Positions 1 through 11,695 of a stretch of 64,000 nucleotides of DNA are shown piece by piece (position 1 is the stretch's first letter; each line of letters starts with the position of its first letter). The notes beneath the pieces are model-generated. The model did no database searches and was not told the DNA's origin. It worked only from the letters and a program-made list of their open reading frames with translations. A program made the translations under genes and the position numbers. Where the stretch lies: NCBI GenBank assembly GCA_946965045.2, contig OX337239.1:1364001-1428000 (forward strand), given 5' to 3'. The DNA comes from Epithemia pelagica. Lineage: Eukaryota > Protista > Bacillariophyta.

Positions 1-159
1 CCTTCCTCGTCGGGCGCCCGGCTTGTCGGGAGAATGACTCGACGGGCATATGTCTTGTCGGGCATGCGCCCTCCTCGAACATATGCCCTCATCGTCATTC
101 TACCCTCCGCGCCGGGCGACCCTCCTCTAAAGGACTGAAACACCGTGAAGTAGTCTTAC
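1..159 (+). repeat. Partial copy (truncated by the window edge) of a ~390-bp dispersed repeat
   Basis: Near-identical to 38197-38354 and to the reverse complement of 35085-35243. All three copies end at GTAGTCTTAC. Confidence 0.9.
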
Positions 160-563
160 TACCGGCCCGGCTTGCGCCGTCCCCCAATTCAAAATGTGGA
201 TGGGGACGGGGGATGCATACTTGGTATTATTGTAGGGGGCGAATCATGGAACGTCTACCGACTCCTCTCTTTGTAAGTAAAAGGTACCGACATCCCTTTA
301 CCGACACTTCCTCTCCTGTAGGTACAAGATCCATCACAATGACGTTTGTTCGCGTCGAATCTGTGATGTTTCTGACGCATTTACTACCATGATCCATGAT
401 AGCAGAAAAGTTGCTCATTCGTCTCTTTTTTTGCTGGTCTGGTTTGTGCTGGTTGGTGAGTCATTCGAGATCTGTTGTGTCGATTGTCTCCCTCTCTCTC
501 CAGAGACACACGCCACCACGTGCCTTGGAGATTGCACAAAAAATCTACATTGCACTGGAAACC

Positions 564-1628
564 ATGAAGGTCGTACAAGTTCGCTTCCCCACCATTGTCT
601 TGGTGGTTGCCATTGCCTTTTGCTTGTCCTTGTCGGGTGAAGCATTTGCTCCTCCCTCTCCATCGTCGTCGTCCTCGTCGACCCTCAAGATTGCCAGTCT
701 GTCTCGTCGCTACCACCATCATGAGTCACAACCACAGCCATTGGAAAATGACCTCCCGGAGCAGCCGTCCAATAAGAACAAGAATCACCTGGCCACCACA
801 ACCGCCATTTGGACCACGGTGGCCACCACCCTCTGGACGACCGCACCCGGCATGGCCTGGGCCAATGACAGTCCCGATTGGGGATTGTTTGAAGGCCGCA
901 CGGGTAGTTTGATTCATCCCGTCGTCATGGGAGGTCTCTTTTTGTATTCTGCCTATACCGCCTTTTTGGGCTTTCAATGGCGTCGTCAACGAACCATGGG
1001 CGATGAAATTACCCAAGTCAAGGCCGACTTGGCCGCCGTCACACCGGCTGCTGCCGCCGCAGAGGGAGAAGCACCTCCCGTCAAGACGGCCGCCCAAGTT
1101 GAATTGGAAACCTCTCTGGAAACCTTGCAACAAGAACGCAAAGATTTGGCGGCGGCCAAACCTCGGGACAAGCATTTTTCGCAAGGCTCTTTTTTGGCCT
1201 TTTTGGGGACCGCCATTGCCATTGAGGTACGTTTGTGTGTCGCTGGCTCGTGAATCGTTGTGGTCGCTTGTACTCCAGTGGTGGAAACTTGCTCATGGGG
1301 ATGTACTGACCGAATCAATCTCTCTTTTTTTCGGTTATTCTTTGCATGGGTCTCTCTTGTTGTTGTGCTTTACGTGTTATAGGGTTGTTTGAATACCTTT
1401 AGTCGAGCCGGAAAATTGTTTCCCGGACCTCATTTGTACGGTGGTGCCGCCTTGGTGGTCTTGTGGGGCTTGGCCGTGGCCACGGTACCCGCCATGCAAA
1501 AGGGCAATGATACGGCCCGTACGGTACACATTGCGGCCAATTTGGCCAGTTTGGCCTTTTTTGCCTGGCAAGTGTCCTCCGGGATTCCCATTATGCTCAA
1601 GGTCGTTGACTTGACCTCGTGGCCGTAA
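564..1628 (+). CDS. Plastid-targeted DUF4079-family membrane protein, 2 exons (564-1226, 1383-1628)
   Basis: Signal peptide followed by GEAFAP (ASAFAP-type plastid motif). A GT..AG intron at 1227-1382 joins IAIE|GCLNTF in frame. Motifs HPVVMGGLFLYSAYTAFLGFQWRR and GKLFPGPHLYGG match the cyanobacterial/plastid DUF4079 family. Confidence 0.8.
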
Positions 1629-2421
1629 TGCGCAAGATCCAGACGGACCAGTACTGCACACAGCGACGATCCTCGGCTGCTGCTGCTGCTACTGCAGGAC
1701 CGTCCAACAAGCAGCTACCAACATTGGCCCTCCACACTCCAAAACGCGATCCACACCCTTGACTGCAATGGTAAATGAATCTATTCTAATTGTCAACTGT
1801 TACAGACACTCTCAGCTTTTCGTACAAACCATGTCCATGTGTCGATAGGAGCACGGTCTCCTCTGCGATTAGAATCTACTTTAGAATTGTCTAGCGAACA
1901 TACCATGCAACTTTGCTTGAGTGATTGAACCTCTAGCCGATAGTTTTACCAGCGGGTGGTACGTTCACATCCTCCCCATTGTTGATGGGTGATGCTTTTT
2001 TCGTTGCCCCACCAACCTCTTGTCCACATTCCACACACAATGGTATATTCATGGCTTCACATTCTCCCATAAAACAGTCGTGTCCATACGGGCATTGGTA
2101 CCAGTCGTCACTAGCGTCGCCGCCATAGTCATAACCACGCGCCACATTCATGACAGGTTCAGGCTCTGTTCCATCACTGGACAAGAGCGTTTCCAGTTTT
2201 GTGGCCTCCTCCACCATCTCATTGGAAAGACGATTTTCCGTATTCTGAACCACCCATTTCAGGTGCCCATGAACCGTCGATTTTAAATCTGGTAGAGTTC
2301 TCGTCCAATAGCCTAGCGATCGAGCCATCGCGATCCGCATGGTTGCAGCGGAGTGATAGCTGTGACTGCCATCAGCAACCTCAATTGCTTCCTCATAGCA
2401 CTTCAATAACTTCTCCACATA

Positions 2422-2481
2422 GGAGTCGTTATTCGACTCGTTCGGTTCCGCGGAGTCGTTATTCTACTCGTTCGGTTCCAC
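2422..2481. repeat. 30-bp tandem duplication inside the last ZNFX1-like exon
   Basis: GGAGTCGTTATTCGACTCGTTCGGTTCCGC / GGAGTCGTTATTCTACTCGTTCGGTTCCAC. One copy carries TCG>TAG on the coding strand. Confidence 0.9.
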
Positions 2482-3567
2482 GGTATCAATTTGGGCAGCA
2501 TAGCTCTGGCCAAGCAAATGCAGACACTCGATCAGCGGTTTTGAAGGTGGAGTTGGGGCTTGATTGTTTCTGTTGCCGCAAGCTTCGAATACCTGTTTCA
2601 TCGGACCTGTGCATATTGACTGTCTCATCTCTAACAGTCCTCTGATACTGCGCATCTTTGGTTCTCTTCGTGAGAATCCGTCGAGACCTTTTCTCACGTT
2701 CATCAAATGTTTTCGTTCCAAACTACGAAGCATAGTCATTTTGATTATTCGACCATATCTCCGAATTGAGTGCACAAGTGTCCCGCATTCAGGACACCGC
2801 ATTTGTTGTGTATTTTTCTCATGACGCGACAGTGGCAGACAAGCCGTGAACTGGTCACCAGTACGGACGTAGACACTGTCGATAGCAACATGCCCATCCA
2901 GAGTCGAGACACTGAAAACATGCCCGCACTGTAAAACAATAATGGGGTCGCAATCTACGTTGCCATTCACGTGCTTCCCGTCCATCTGTCTGTTTGCCGG
3001 AGTATCGCAGTCCTTACAGAAAGATTTGTCGGGGCATTTTTCACCGCAAAGAGAGGGACATTGATGACCGCAATCGAGCATCTTATTACATCTCTGCACA
3101 GGACGAAATTGAGAATTGACAACGGTACCCATGTGAATGTTGGCAAATACAAACCTACCTTGTTACAAGGGAAACGAGAACAAGGGGCACCACACACAAG
3201 AGGACATATTCCTTGGTGCTCACATTGCCAGTCGCATGGTTCTGTGCATGCCGCACACTGTCATCGCGCACGGTATTATGAGGAGGAAATTAGACTTGCT
3301 CGGAATGCATCGAAAAGAACTTACCACTTCACTGCACATCCAGGAGCAAGCTGAATGGCTACATCGAGCTTGGCAGCTTTCAACCGTGCATGGAGGACAG
3401 CTACCCATATGACACGTATTAAAACAAGAATGTCCACAAAACAGATAGCGATCACATTTTTTGTTGCAATAATGATCGTAGAATCCACACCTGTTCCGGC
3501 CACAGATTAAAACTGTGAGTGCAACTGAAAGGAGTAGACAACATTAATTGGAGACGAGATCCCGTAC

Positions 3568-4165
3568 ATTTTTTGACAAGGATGTCCGCAATCCATAATC
3601 TGCATACACAATTCTGGACATCGTAGACTAGCTTTCCTGGAGTCTCCACATTTAAGTTGCCTTGTGTGCCCACAACTCTCGAAACGGTAGCTTATCAACT
3701 TTTCGCAATTGTTGGCAAAGTTCTGGAGAGCTTCGTCGTTGCGGGCTTCTCGGCATTCAATGTTTTCGGCAGTATGACCGCACGGGAGCTCCAGTGGTCC
3801 AATGTTAAATTGGCAAGATTGTGACGTTTTCTCGCACTCATCCCCGCATGATCCACACCTGATATCGCAGCAAAGTCGTCAGTCAAACGAACAAATCAAA
3901 GTCAACGACAAGATATCATACCTTTGTCGACAAGGATGTCCGCAGTCCATAATCTTCATACACAATTCTAGACACGGAGGACTACCTTTCCTGGAGTCTC
4001 CACATTTTAGTTGGCGTGTGTGCCCACAACTCTCGAAATGGTAAGTTATAAGCTTTTCGCAGTTGTTGGCAACAAAGTTCTGGAGGGATTAGTCATTGCG
4101 GGCATCGTGGCATGCAATATTTTCAGCAATATGACCACATGAAAGCTTCAATGGTCCAACGTCAA
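3568..4165 (-). repeat. Tandem duplicated NF-X1 finger exon module (~3568-3805 vs ~3922-4165)
   Basis: GPLKLSCGHIAENIACHDARND*SLQNFVANNCEKLITYHFESCGHTRQLKCGDSRK versus GPLELPCGHTAENIECREARNDEALQNFANNCEKLISYRFESCGHTRQLKCGDSRK. Both modules end at a phase-2 intron. Confidence 0.85.
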
Positions 4166-7100
4166 CTTGGCAGGAACCGCATTCCTGATAGCAACGTTTT
4201 GTACACCTATGACCACGTGGACATTGCTCCGGTACCCGCGAACATGCCTCCATGCATTTATTTCCCTTATGACTTCTGCCTGTTGGGTGACAGAACTGAA
4301 ATTCGAAGACAACGTAAGTTGTAGAATCAACCAAAAGACAGCGTGAGTTGTAGAATCGACCAAACACAAGAATACTTGGGGAGTCTTACTTTCGGGCAAA
4401 TATGTCCACATTCGAGACGGTACATGCATATCCGGCCACAACCTCCATCCGGACGATAGTCTCTAAAATCCTTTCTTGAAAATAAGGCCATCGGTGGATC
4501 TGCAGGGTGAATCTGGCATGTGGTAGGTAGACCTCTAACAATATGGCCTTCCTCGTCTAGCATCTCAAGAATAGGGCCCCATGTCCTTTTCCCTTCGCCG
4601 CCTGAAAAGGTCTTGGCATTACCAACAAGGATCATACCCTTCCGAGCCCGGGACAAAGCCACATTTACTCGTTGAGGCTCCTTCAAAAAACCAACAGACC
4701 CACTAGCATTGGACCGAACCAAAGAAATAACGACCAAATCGCTTTCTTCACCCTGATAATTATCAACTGTAGAGCATCGGACACTACCTCGTTGCTCTCT
4801 TGAGCACTTCGACAGGAAACTTTCGTGCTTCTGTTCATCGAACTTGTCCAGGTCTTAATCACTTACGTTCGCTTCGACATCCTGTAAGTGGCGCTTCATT
4901 TCAGTAACGATTTTGAATAGCTGGCCCTGATAAGGAGTCAAAACTACTATATCATCCGTTTTGTAGCCTTGAAGTAAGAGAAATCTTACAATCTCGACAC
5001 ACATCATGGCCTCGTATTTATTGGACTTTGTGGATACGCGACGACCACTATCTCTTGAATCAAGTGGTGATCCATCTTCCTTGTGGTCATGATCAATGAA
5101 AAGGAGATTTTGGGATATCCCGCGAACGTTAGGGTATTCCTGAACTGACGGATGATCGACCAATGTTGGATATGTCTGTTCTCGAATTAGTCTCGATATT
5201 GATGGCCTCATACGATGCTGCACAGCAAGGGTAGCTGAAGGGAGACCACATCGTATAAGTCGCTCGAACAAAGACACGTCTAAATTGTATCCGTTACCGA
5301 AAACGGCTCGGAGATGATGAGTTTCAACTTTCGGACGCAGCTGCATGTGGTCACCAATGAGTACCAGATGCTTTGTTGCAGTGGAAAGTGAAGCCAACAC
5401 ATGCGCCTCCAGAACTTCTCCAGCTTCTTCGACAAATACAATTGACGGAGAAACTTCAGACAATACTTCACGGTATCTCGCGGCACCTGAGGTTGTTGCA
5501 CCAATGATTCTTGCATCCCGAAGAGTGCTTACGAAAGTTTCGTTCCTTGCTGCTTCTCGCTCCTTCACCATGTTACAGATAGCGTTACACGTAGTTGCAA
5601 TGACCCCCTCCTCCAGCGAAAGACAAACTCGTCCCTTTGTTGTTGGGGTTGTCTCCAAAATTCATCCATACCTTCTGGAAAATCGTCCATGAATGGAAGC
5701 ATGGAAGGAGGAAATTCTTTTCCTTTCTTCCATTCGTTCCACAGAAAGTCCGACTCATACCTCCCGTCGCAGGCCGAAGGAACATGCGTATACCTGTACT
5801 GGACTGGATAGTTCTTCCGTAGAACAAGGCTCAAATTATTCCACAAATCGCGCTCTTTCAGAACTTTGAGCGAGCTTTCAATTTCACGATTTTTCCGAAC
5901 CAATACTCCATTATGTTCAGCAATATTTTCGATTTGGTAGCTGCCAATCCGATCTGACTTTGACCTCCCCCCTAACCAGACTATCCGGTTTTCGCCAGAA
6001 TCCAGCATGTGCTCTAGGAACTGATCCAAAGCGTGATTGGTAAAACAGACGCAAAGGATCTTCTCATCTGAGTTTGTCATGACAAGCTGCGCGAGAAGTC
6101 CACCGAGGAATGTCTTCCCTGCATTCAACGCAAAACGACAAGGAAACCAGTCAAATACGCTAACCAGCTACGCAAAGCCATCTTGTTACCCCTTGGTGCA
6201 GTAATACATACCTGTTCCTGGCGGTCCTTGGATCAATGCCACGCGATGTGTTAGAGCGTGAACTACCGCTTCAGCTTGTGACTCGTCGAGTGATGTGTGG
6301 GTACTGATATCCGCAGCCGATAACTTGTCTAGATCAAACTTGTGACCATGAAAATTATGATCTTCAGGAAATGCTAGTTCAGGTCGCATGTAATCTATTT
6401 GTGCCTTCGCCGTTTCCTTATCGTCCTTTGCATCGGTGTCATCTAAAACTCTCTTTCGACCGCGAGATCGGCGAGCTGTGAGCAACTCCTCGGAAAATGG
6501 AATGTCCTCCATTTGCTGCAATGCCTTGAGAACTGATTTATTTGCAAAGAAGGATTTGGATATTTCCACCATTTCATAGGTCGTCATGTTTGCCACAGAT
6601 TCCGCGGCAAGTTGATTGTTTTTCTTCAACAAACCCTTAGTGTCTTTGTCATAAAATTTAGAGTTTTTGGCCAGTTCCAGGAACGACTCAACAACTGCAG
6701 TAGGGTCTTCAAACTCGATTCCTAAGAGAGGACCATCTGCAGTGCACAACCATTCTTTCCTTCTAATAGAAACAGTGCCGGTCCGGACCAACCGGTGATC
6801 GTCCTTGTCCAGAAACTCCACAATGGATCCCTTCAACAAGAACCTGGCAGTATCCCAATCCGCTACCGGCGAACTTGGAGGATCTACTTGAAGGAGAAAG
6901 CTAAATGAATGCTCTCCACAGGGATCAGCATCAATGATGCGAGCATTTCGCCATGTCGACTTGCGTTCGATTATGCCTCGGCGCATGCAGCCGATGGAAT
7001 CTTCTCGCAACAACCGGAAGTTTGCATCAAGAAACCGATCTACCGGAGCATCTTGAATGACGGCATTTTCACCACTTGCCAAGGGAAGGTAGGGTGGAAC

Positions 7101-8826
7101 TTGACACGTCAATTCTTCGGCCGTCGGAACAATCTTGATCTCGCGAAAGTTGGCAAGATCATTGTCGTGGCGACCTCCAGGAGGAATTGTGTCCGTATAC
7201 CAGCAAATGCTCGGTTTAGAACTGTCGTGGTTTGCTTCGAGTCGACGTCGCTTCGTGGGACGACCTGTCGCGGGCTCTACTTCTTGTTGTTGTTTGCGTG
7301 GTAACCTCAACATGGCGCAAAGCAACTGAGCTTGGTTGCCCACATCCTCGCGATCGCGCAGTTTTTGGGCCAATTCTCGGACCGTGGCAGAATGACGAGC
7401 CTCCGCAATCGCGGGAACCATGCACAGCAAAAAGGATGCCATGACACGCGCGGAGTCCGGCTCCAGGCTTGCCATCACGTTGGGTCCATTCGCAAAGGTG
7501 AGAACATGAGGAATGTGGTATAGGAGACTTAGATACTGATCTCGCACTTCTCGGTACAGGGGCTTTGACATGAAATCGTTCAGCGCATGCTGGAGTAAGG
7601 GGATAACCAGTAGGGTGACGTCCTTGGGTGTGGCAACTAATCCAACAATTCGTTCCAGGCACAATCGGCCTTGATTTCGTTCATCCACCATCATGGACAA
7701 GAGTTCCGGCTTGGAGTCAAATGAATCCATACCTTGCAAGAAGCGCATTGCTTGATGATTGTTTCGTAATGCTTCCGTTGATGAACCCTTCAATAGCCGA
7801 TGAAACAGCGCAACGCAACCAGCTAGGCCTCTTTGTTCACCTCGTCCCCTCCCCCGACCTCTTCCACCTCTCCCCTGTGCAGCACCGACACCATCTTGAA
7901 ACCTTTTCTTCTTCTTAGGGCCCATGATGATTGTTTGTTTGTTCGTTTGTTTGTTCGTTTGTTTGTCTCCTTTCGCTACAAGTGTAACGCAAAGTTTCAC
8001 CGCAAAACTTCCAACGTATACACCCCATCGCGTCAGGACGGCAATCGCCATAATGACATTGAAGATTTCTTGATTCTTGATACAAACTGCATTTCGCATT
8101 TCCCCTTTCGTCCTCTGACGTGCGACACTATTTCCAGAAACGTGGTTCCACTCACTGTAGGTTCGAACTTCGAACAGTTAGCTTTTCCAAAACAAGAGTT
8201 GTGTCCATTCATTTCCACAGCAATCTCATCTAGATGGTGATGATGGTTTCAAGACAAATAGCATCCACAGGTAGAACGTGTGTCTTCCGATCCTTTTCTT
8301 CACCGACTGAATTGCCACGGGGAAACAGTCCCAATCAAAGTCTTCCACATAGATTCACCACAACACCCACTCTGTATGTCAAGGTTGAAATGTTGCCAAG
8401 CCATTTTGTACGGTGCCACCAGATTCACTCGAGTGGTTATCCATTCTACTACTGAAATTGAATCGGAACGCCACCCAGAGTAGTTACCCATCCTTCTAAT
8501 GAAATGGAATCGGAACGCCGTCGTCGGTTTTCATTTTCTCTCGTTCCCTTGGCGTCCTCATCGGGATGCAACGATTGTGACATGCCATTTCTCCTGATGA
8601 TAACGAAAGAGAGGATCCTCTTGCCGTCGGTTTTGTCCGCGTCATTGTGCCGTATGGACGAGACTCAAGACTTGAAAGGGACGGTATGCGCGCTTCATTT
8701 CAGCAAGCAGGCCTCGCCGGGACCAAAAAGCTCAACACGGTCCATACGAATAATAGCGCGGCGCACCGTTTGTTCCGTTGGATCAGATTGGTGGGCGTTG
8801 TGCGTTGCCCAGCACACACCAAGGGA

Positions 8827-9267
8827 GGCTGACCCTTAAGCCTCTACGAAACGAAAGTTGAAAGCTGACACGTCATCATTTTACCTCTTTTATCCGGGTA
8901 CTCTTGCTTTTCAGCTTTCGGGGCTACGAAAGTTGGCGCCAACTTTCGTAGGCCAACGAAAGTAGAAGGCGTTCCAGATGTGCAAAGCGTTTAGACAATG
9001 TATGAATGTGAAGTTGTTCATAACGCTCAAGAGTATTGATCGACTGGCGTTCAGCTCCAACGGTCGGTGCGTCCTGTGTACGTCACAATTCTATGAGAAT
9101 TATTTTAGTATTCAATTCATTGAAGTGAAAATGGGGGGGAATGGGGGATGAATGGGGGACAAGGCGCGGTTCTAGTTTTCGTTTCGCAGACGCGTAAGGA
9201 AGCAAAATCCCGCCAAAACGAAATGTCAGCTCTCAACTTTCGTTTCGTAGAGGCTTAAGGGTCGGCC
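8827..9267. mobile_element. MITE-like element, 441 bp, with ~44-bp terminal inverted repeats
   Basis: 8827-8870 is the reverse complement of 9224-9267 with 2 mismatches. GGA flanks both ends (possible 3-bp TSD). A perfect 28-bp internal palindrome lies at 8924-8951. No coding capacity. Confidence 0.7.
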
Positions 9268-9457
9268 GGAGAAGGGAGATCTTTCAACAACAAAGAAAAC
9301 TTCCATTCGTAACAAACAGTCGACAAAGCAAGGGCGTGTGTGACTGTTGTATTCTTTCTTCTCTTTTTTGTCATCTCTCCAGAAGAGCAGCACCAAGGCT
9401 CCTGTCGTTTGGCATTGTCTCTTCCTTCGATAACTTTCCCATTCCAGAAACCACGCC

Positions 9458-10120
9458 ATGTCTGTCACGACGGATTCCACACGCGATTGGTCCAACTGGA
9501 CGGCCACGCAATTGGCGGACTATTTGAAAACAAAAGGTTTGGATGATTATGCAGAAGTCTTTGTGTCCAACAACATTACCGGACAAGTAGCACCGAGCCT
9601 GACGGATGAGAATCTCAAAGAAATGGGCATTTCCGTCGTGGGGGATCGATTGCGTATTATACAAGCCTTGCAACAACTCAAGGCCAGTCAAGCCCAACAA
9701 GACCGCGAAAAGGTAGTGTGGCAAGGCGAAGAAGTCTTGTATGTATCGTGGTTTCATCAATGTTGTTCTACGTGCGGTGGCTGTTGTCCACAAGATGCCA
9801 GCACCTATACCTTGCGAAGCAATCATTTGGAGATCAAAACAGTCCATCCCTGTCGATTGGGTCCCATTACCTGCTGTTGTGGTGAACGATATGACATTGA
9901 CAATATTGATTTGAGCGAAGTGACCGATACGGACGTGGAAGGTGTGCCACCGGGATGTTTGCAACAAGTCTGTTGTTGTGGTGATACCTTGGAGCATGTC
10001 AAGATCCAAACCAGTAGTGAAGGAGAAAAAGTCTTGATCTTGCACAAGGATGTCGGACAAGATGTCGCACGACGATTGAAGAATCAAGTCGAAACCATGC
10101 AACAAATGGAGCGATCCTAA
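9458..10120 (+). CDS. SAM (sterile alpha motif) domain protein with Cys-rich C-terminal domain
   Basis: NWTATQLADYLKTKGLDDYAEVF...LTDENLKEMGISVVGDRLRIIQAL is a classic SAM signature. CC/CCC clusters follow. Clean ATG-TAA ORF of 220 aa. Confidence 0.85.
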   Translation: MSVTTDSTRDWSNWTATQLADYLKTKGLDDYAEVFVSNNITGQVAPSLTDENLKEMGISVVGDRLRIIQALQQLKASQAQQDREKVVWQGEEVLYVSWFHQCCSTCGGCCPQDASTYTLRSNHLEIKTVHPCRLGPITCCCGERYDIDNIDLSEVTDTDVEGVPPGCLQQVCCCGDTLEHVKIQTSSEGEKVLILHKDVGQDVARRLKNQVETMQQMERS

Positions 10121-10825
10121 GTTCGGATGTGTGGATGATAGAAAGAAACATTATTCATGGTAGTGGATGTGGGCCCACCAGAGTTTTTTTCCGGCGATGC
10201 TTCGTGGTGTTTGCAAGTGTGTTTTTCGTATTCCTTCCGCCTGGTTGTGAGCCCTGTAACCCTTTATTAGTTCGAACAATCTATCTCATTGGTCTGTGCT
10301 TTTGCTCAGCTCTGCTTGAACGATATATTCTGTTGGTACCTGCGGCATTGCGCCGTTCTGCTTGATGTAGTAAGATGCTCTACGAATTGCAACTATTGTC
10401 ATGGCGAAGCCATTTTACTGACTTTTTAGAGAAATGTCGTGCGGGGAGGTGTTCACGTTCATTCCTATCACTAAACTGTGGAATATGCGCGTGTGACAGA
10501 TGACGCTTTCGGTTAGTTATAGTTCAGTTGTGCAAAAGAGTTGAATTCTTCTGTCCACGGCGTGTTTGCTGATATCGAGCTATTGGAGAGGCGTGTGTTT
10601 GGCCATGAACGGGTATTGTGGAAGGCTGCTTATTTTCTTGTGTATCGATAAGATTCCGGTTGAATCTTCCGCTACATGTTTGTATTTGTCTCTTACGGGT
10701 AACATTGTCAGCATTCCTTTGTTCTTGTCTTGGGGGGTGCGTTGACAGCGATCATTCTCCTTGTCATTGACCATGCACCCTTTTGGTATTTTCTCTTTCT
10801 TGTCCTTATTCGAATTGTGCGCTGT

Positions 10826-11695
10826 TTACTGCGTATTTTGCTCTGGATGAATACGTTTCCACAAGGCCAAGCCACCACCTCCTCCACGTGCGGTCGCAAT
10901 GCGATCATCGGCCGAAATCCAGTTGAAAAAAGCAGACTTGTCTTGCTTGGCAGAGGCATTGCTGCCCAATCCAGACGAATTGCCCAAGTTGGCCGCTTCC
11001 CCCTTTTTCAAATTAATCGGAACAAAGCCATTGAACAATTGCAATTGATCAAAATCGAAATTGACCCGTCGTTTCTTTTGGTCGAATTCGTAGTCTCCCA
11101 GAAATTTGAGTACACAGAAATCACCTACATAAATGCCATTTTCAATCTTGCGACTGTCATTGTCAAACGACTGAATCGCCTTGAGAGGAAAGTAATTGAT
11201 GCGTCCGGTACGGGCCTGCGTTTTGGCGGTGCCTGTCGTAAAGATCAATCGCCAATCACCCGTCAATTGCTCTTGAAGACGCTCCGTAATCGTGGAGTCC
11301 AATTGAGCGGCCTTGCGCATGTCTCGTTCCAAGGATTGCAAGGCTTCAAAGACGGCATCGGAATCTTGTGTCTTGGTTTCGGCAGCCACATACAAAAGCT
11401 GCAAGGATTCTTGCAACCGTCCTTCCAACACGGCCTTTTCGTCCTCCACACTAGATTTTTTGGACGAGAGGAACCATGCCCTGTTGGTTCTCGTTGATTG
11501 GGTTTGCGTGGTTGCTTTTCTCAGCAATGAAGACGACGAACTTAACGTAGACCTCCTGCCTCCGGATGGGAGAACGGAAAAGGCCTGGACTTGATGGTGA
11601 ATATTGGTAAAGCACGCCTGTAAAAGAACCACCAAGAAGAGCCACGACCAGGGATATCGTCGTTGGAGTGATTGCAATTGCTGTATTTCATTCAT
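10826..11695 (-). CDS. Plastid-targeted PAP/fibrillin-like protein
   Basis: Signal peptide ending VQAFSVLP, then a Ser/Thr-rich transit region. LTGDWRLIFTT and IENGIY..FDFD resemble the PAP_fibrillin barrel. Confidence 0.7.
   Translation of the reverse strand: MNEIQQLQSLQRRYPWSWLFLVVLLQACFTNIHHQVQAFSVLPSGGRRSTLSSSSSLLRKATTQTQSTRTNRAWFLSSKKSSVEDEKAVLEGRLQESLQLLYVAAETKTQDSDAVFEALQSLERDMRKAAQLDSTITERLQEQLTGDWRLIFTTGTAKTQARTGRINYFPLKAIQSFDNDSRKIENGIYVGDFCVLKFLGDYEFDQKKRRVNFDFDQLQLFNGFVPINLKKGEAANLGNSSGLGSNASAKQDKSAFFNWISADDRIATARGGGGGLALWKRIHPEQNTQ

Larger units (their letters stand above)
1933..7925 (-). pseudogene. ZNFX1: ZNFX1/NFX1-type zinc-finger Upf1-like SF1 helicase with C-terminal RZ-type finger, apparently disrupted. 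Exons 7925-6211, 6118-4390, 4295-3922, 3858-3568, 3490-3325, 3257-3159, 3093-1933
   Basis: Motifs PGGRHDND..FRLLRED, spliced Walker A IQGPPGT|GKT, IVFVEEAGEVLE, LIGDHMQLRP, QHRMRP, TVDNYQGEE, RVNVALSRAR, many CGH..C NF-X1 fingers and WYQCPYGH..GEC...CVECGQEVGG. Six canonical GT-AG introns. In-frame stops at 4855-4857, 4089-4091 and 2464-2466, plus a frameshift near 5610-5630. Confidence 0.85.

Noticed and set aside
9371-11497. Long antisense ORFs 9371-10105 (-) and 10730-11497 (+)
   Set aside because: They are shadows of the SAM and fibrillin genes and have no motifs of their own.
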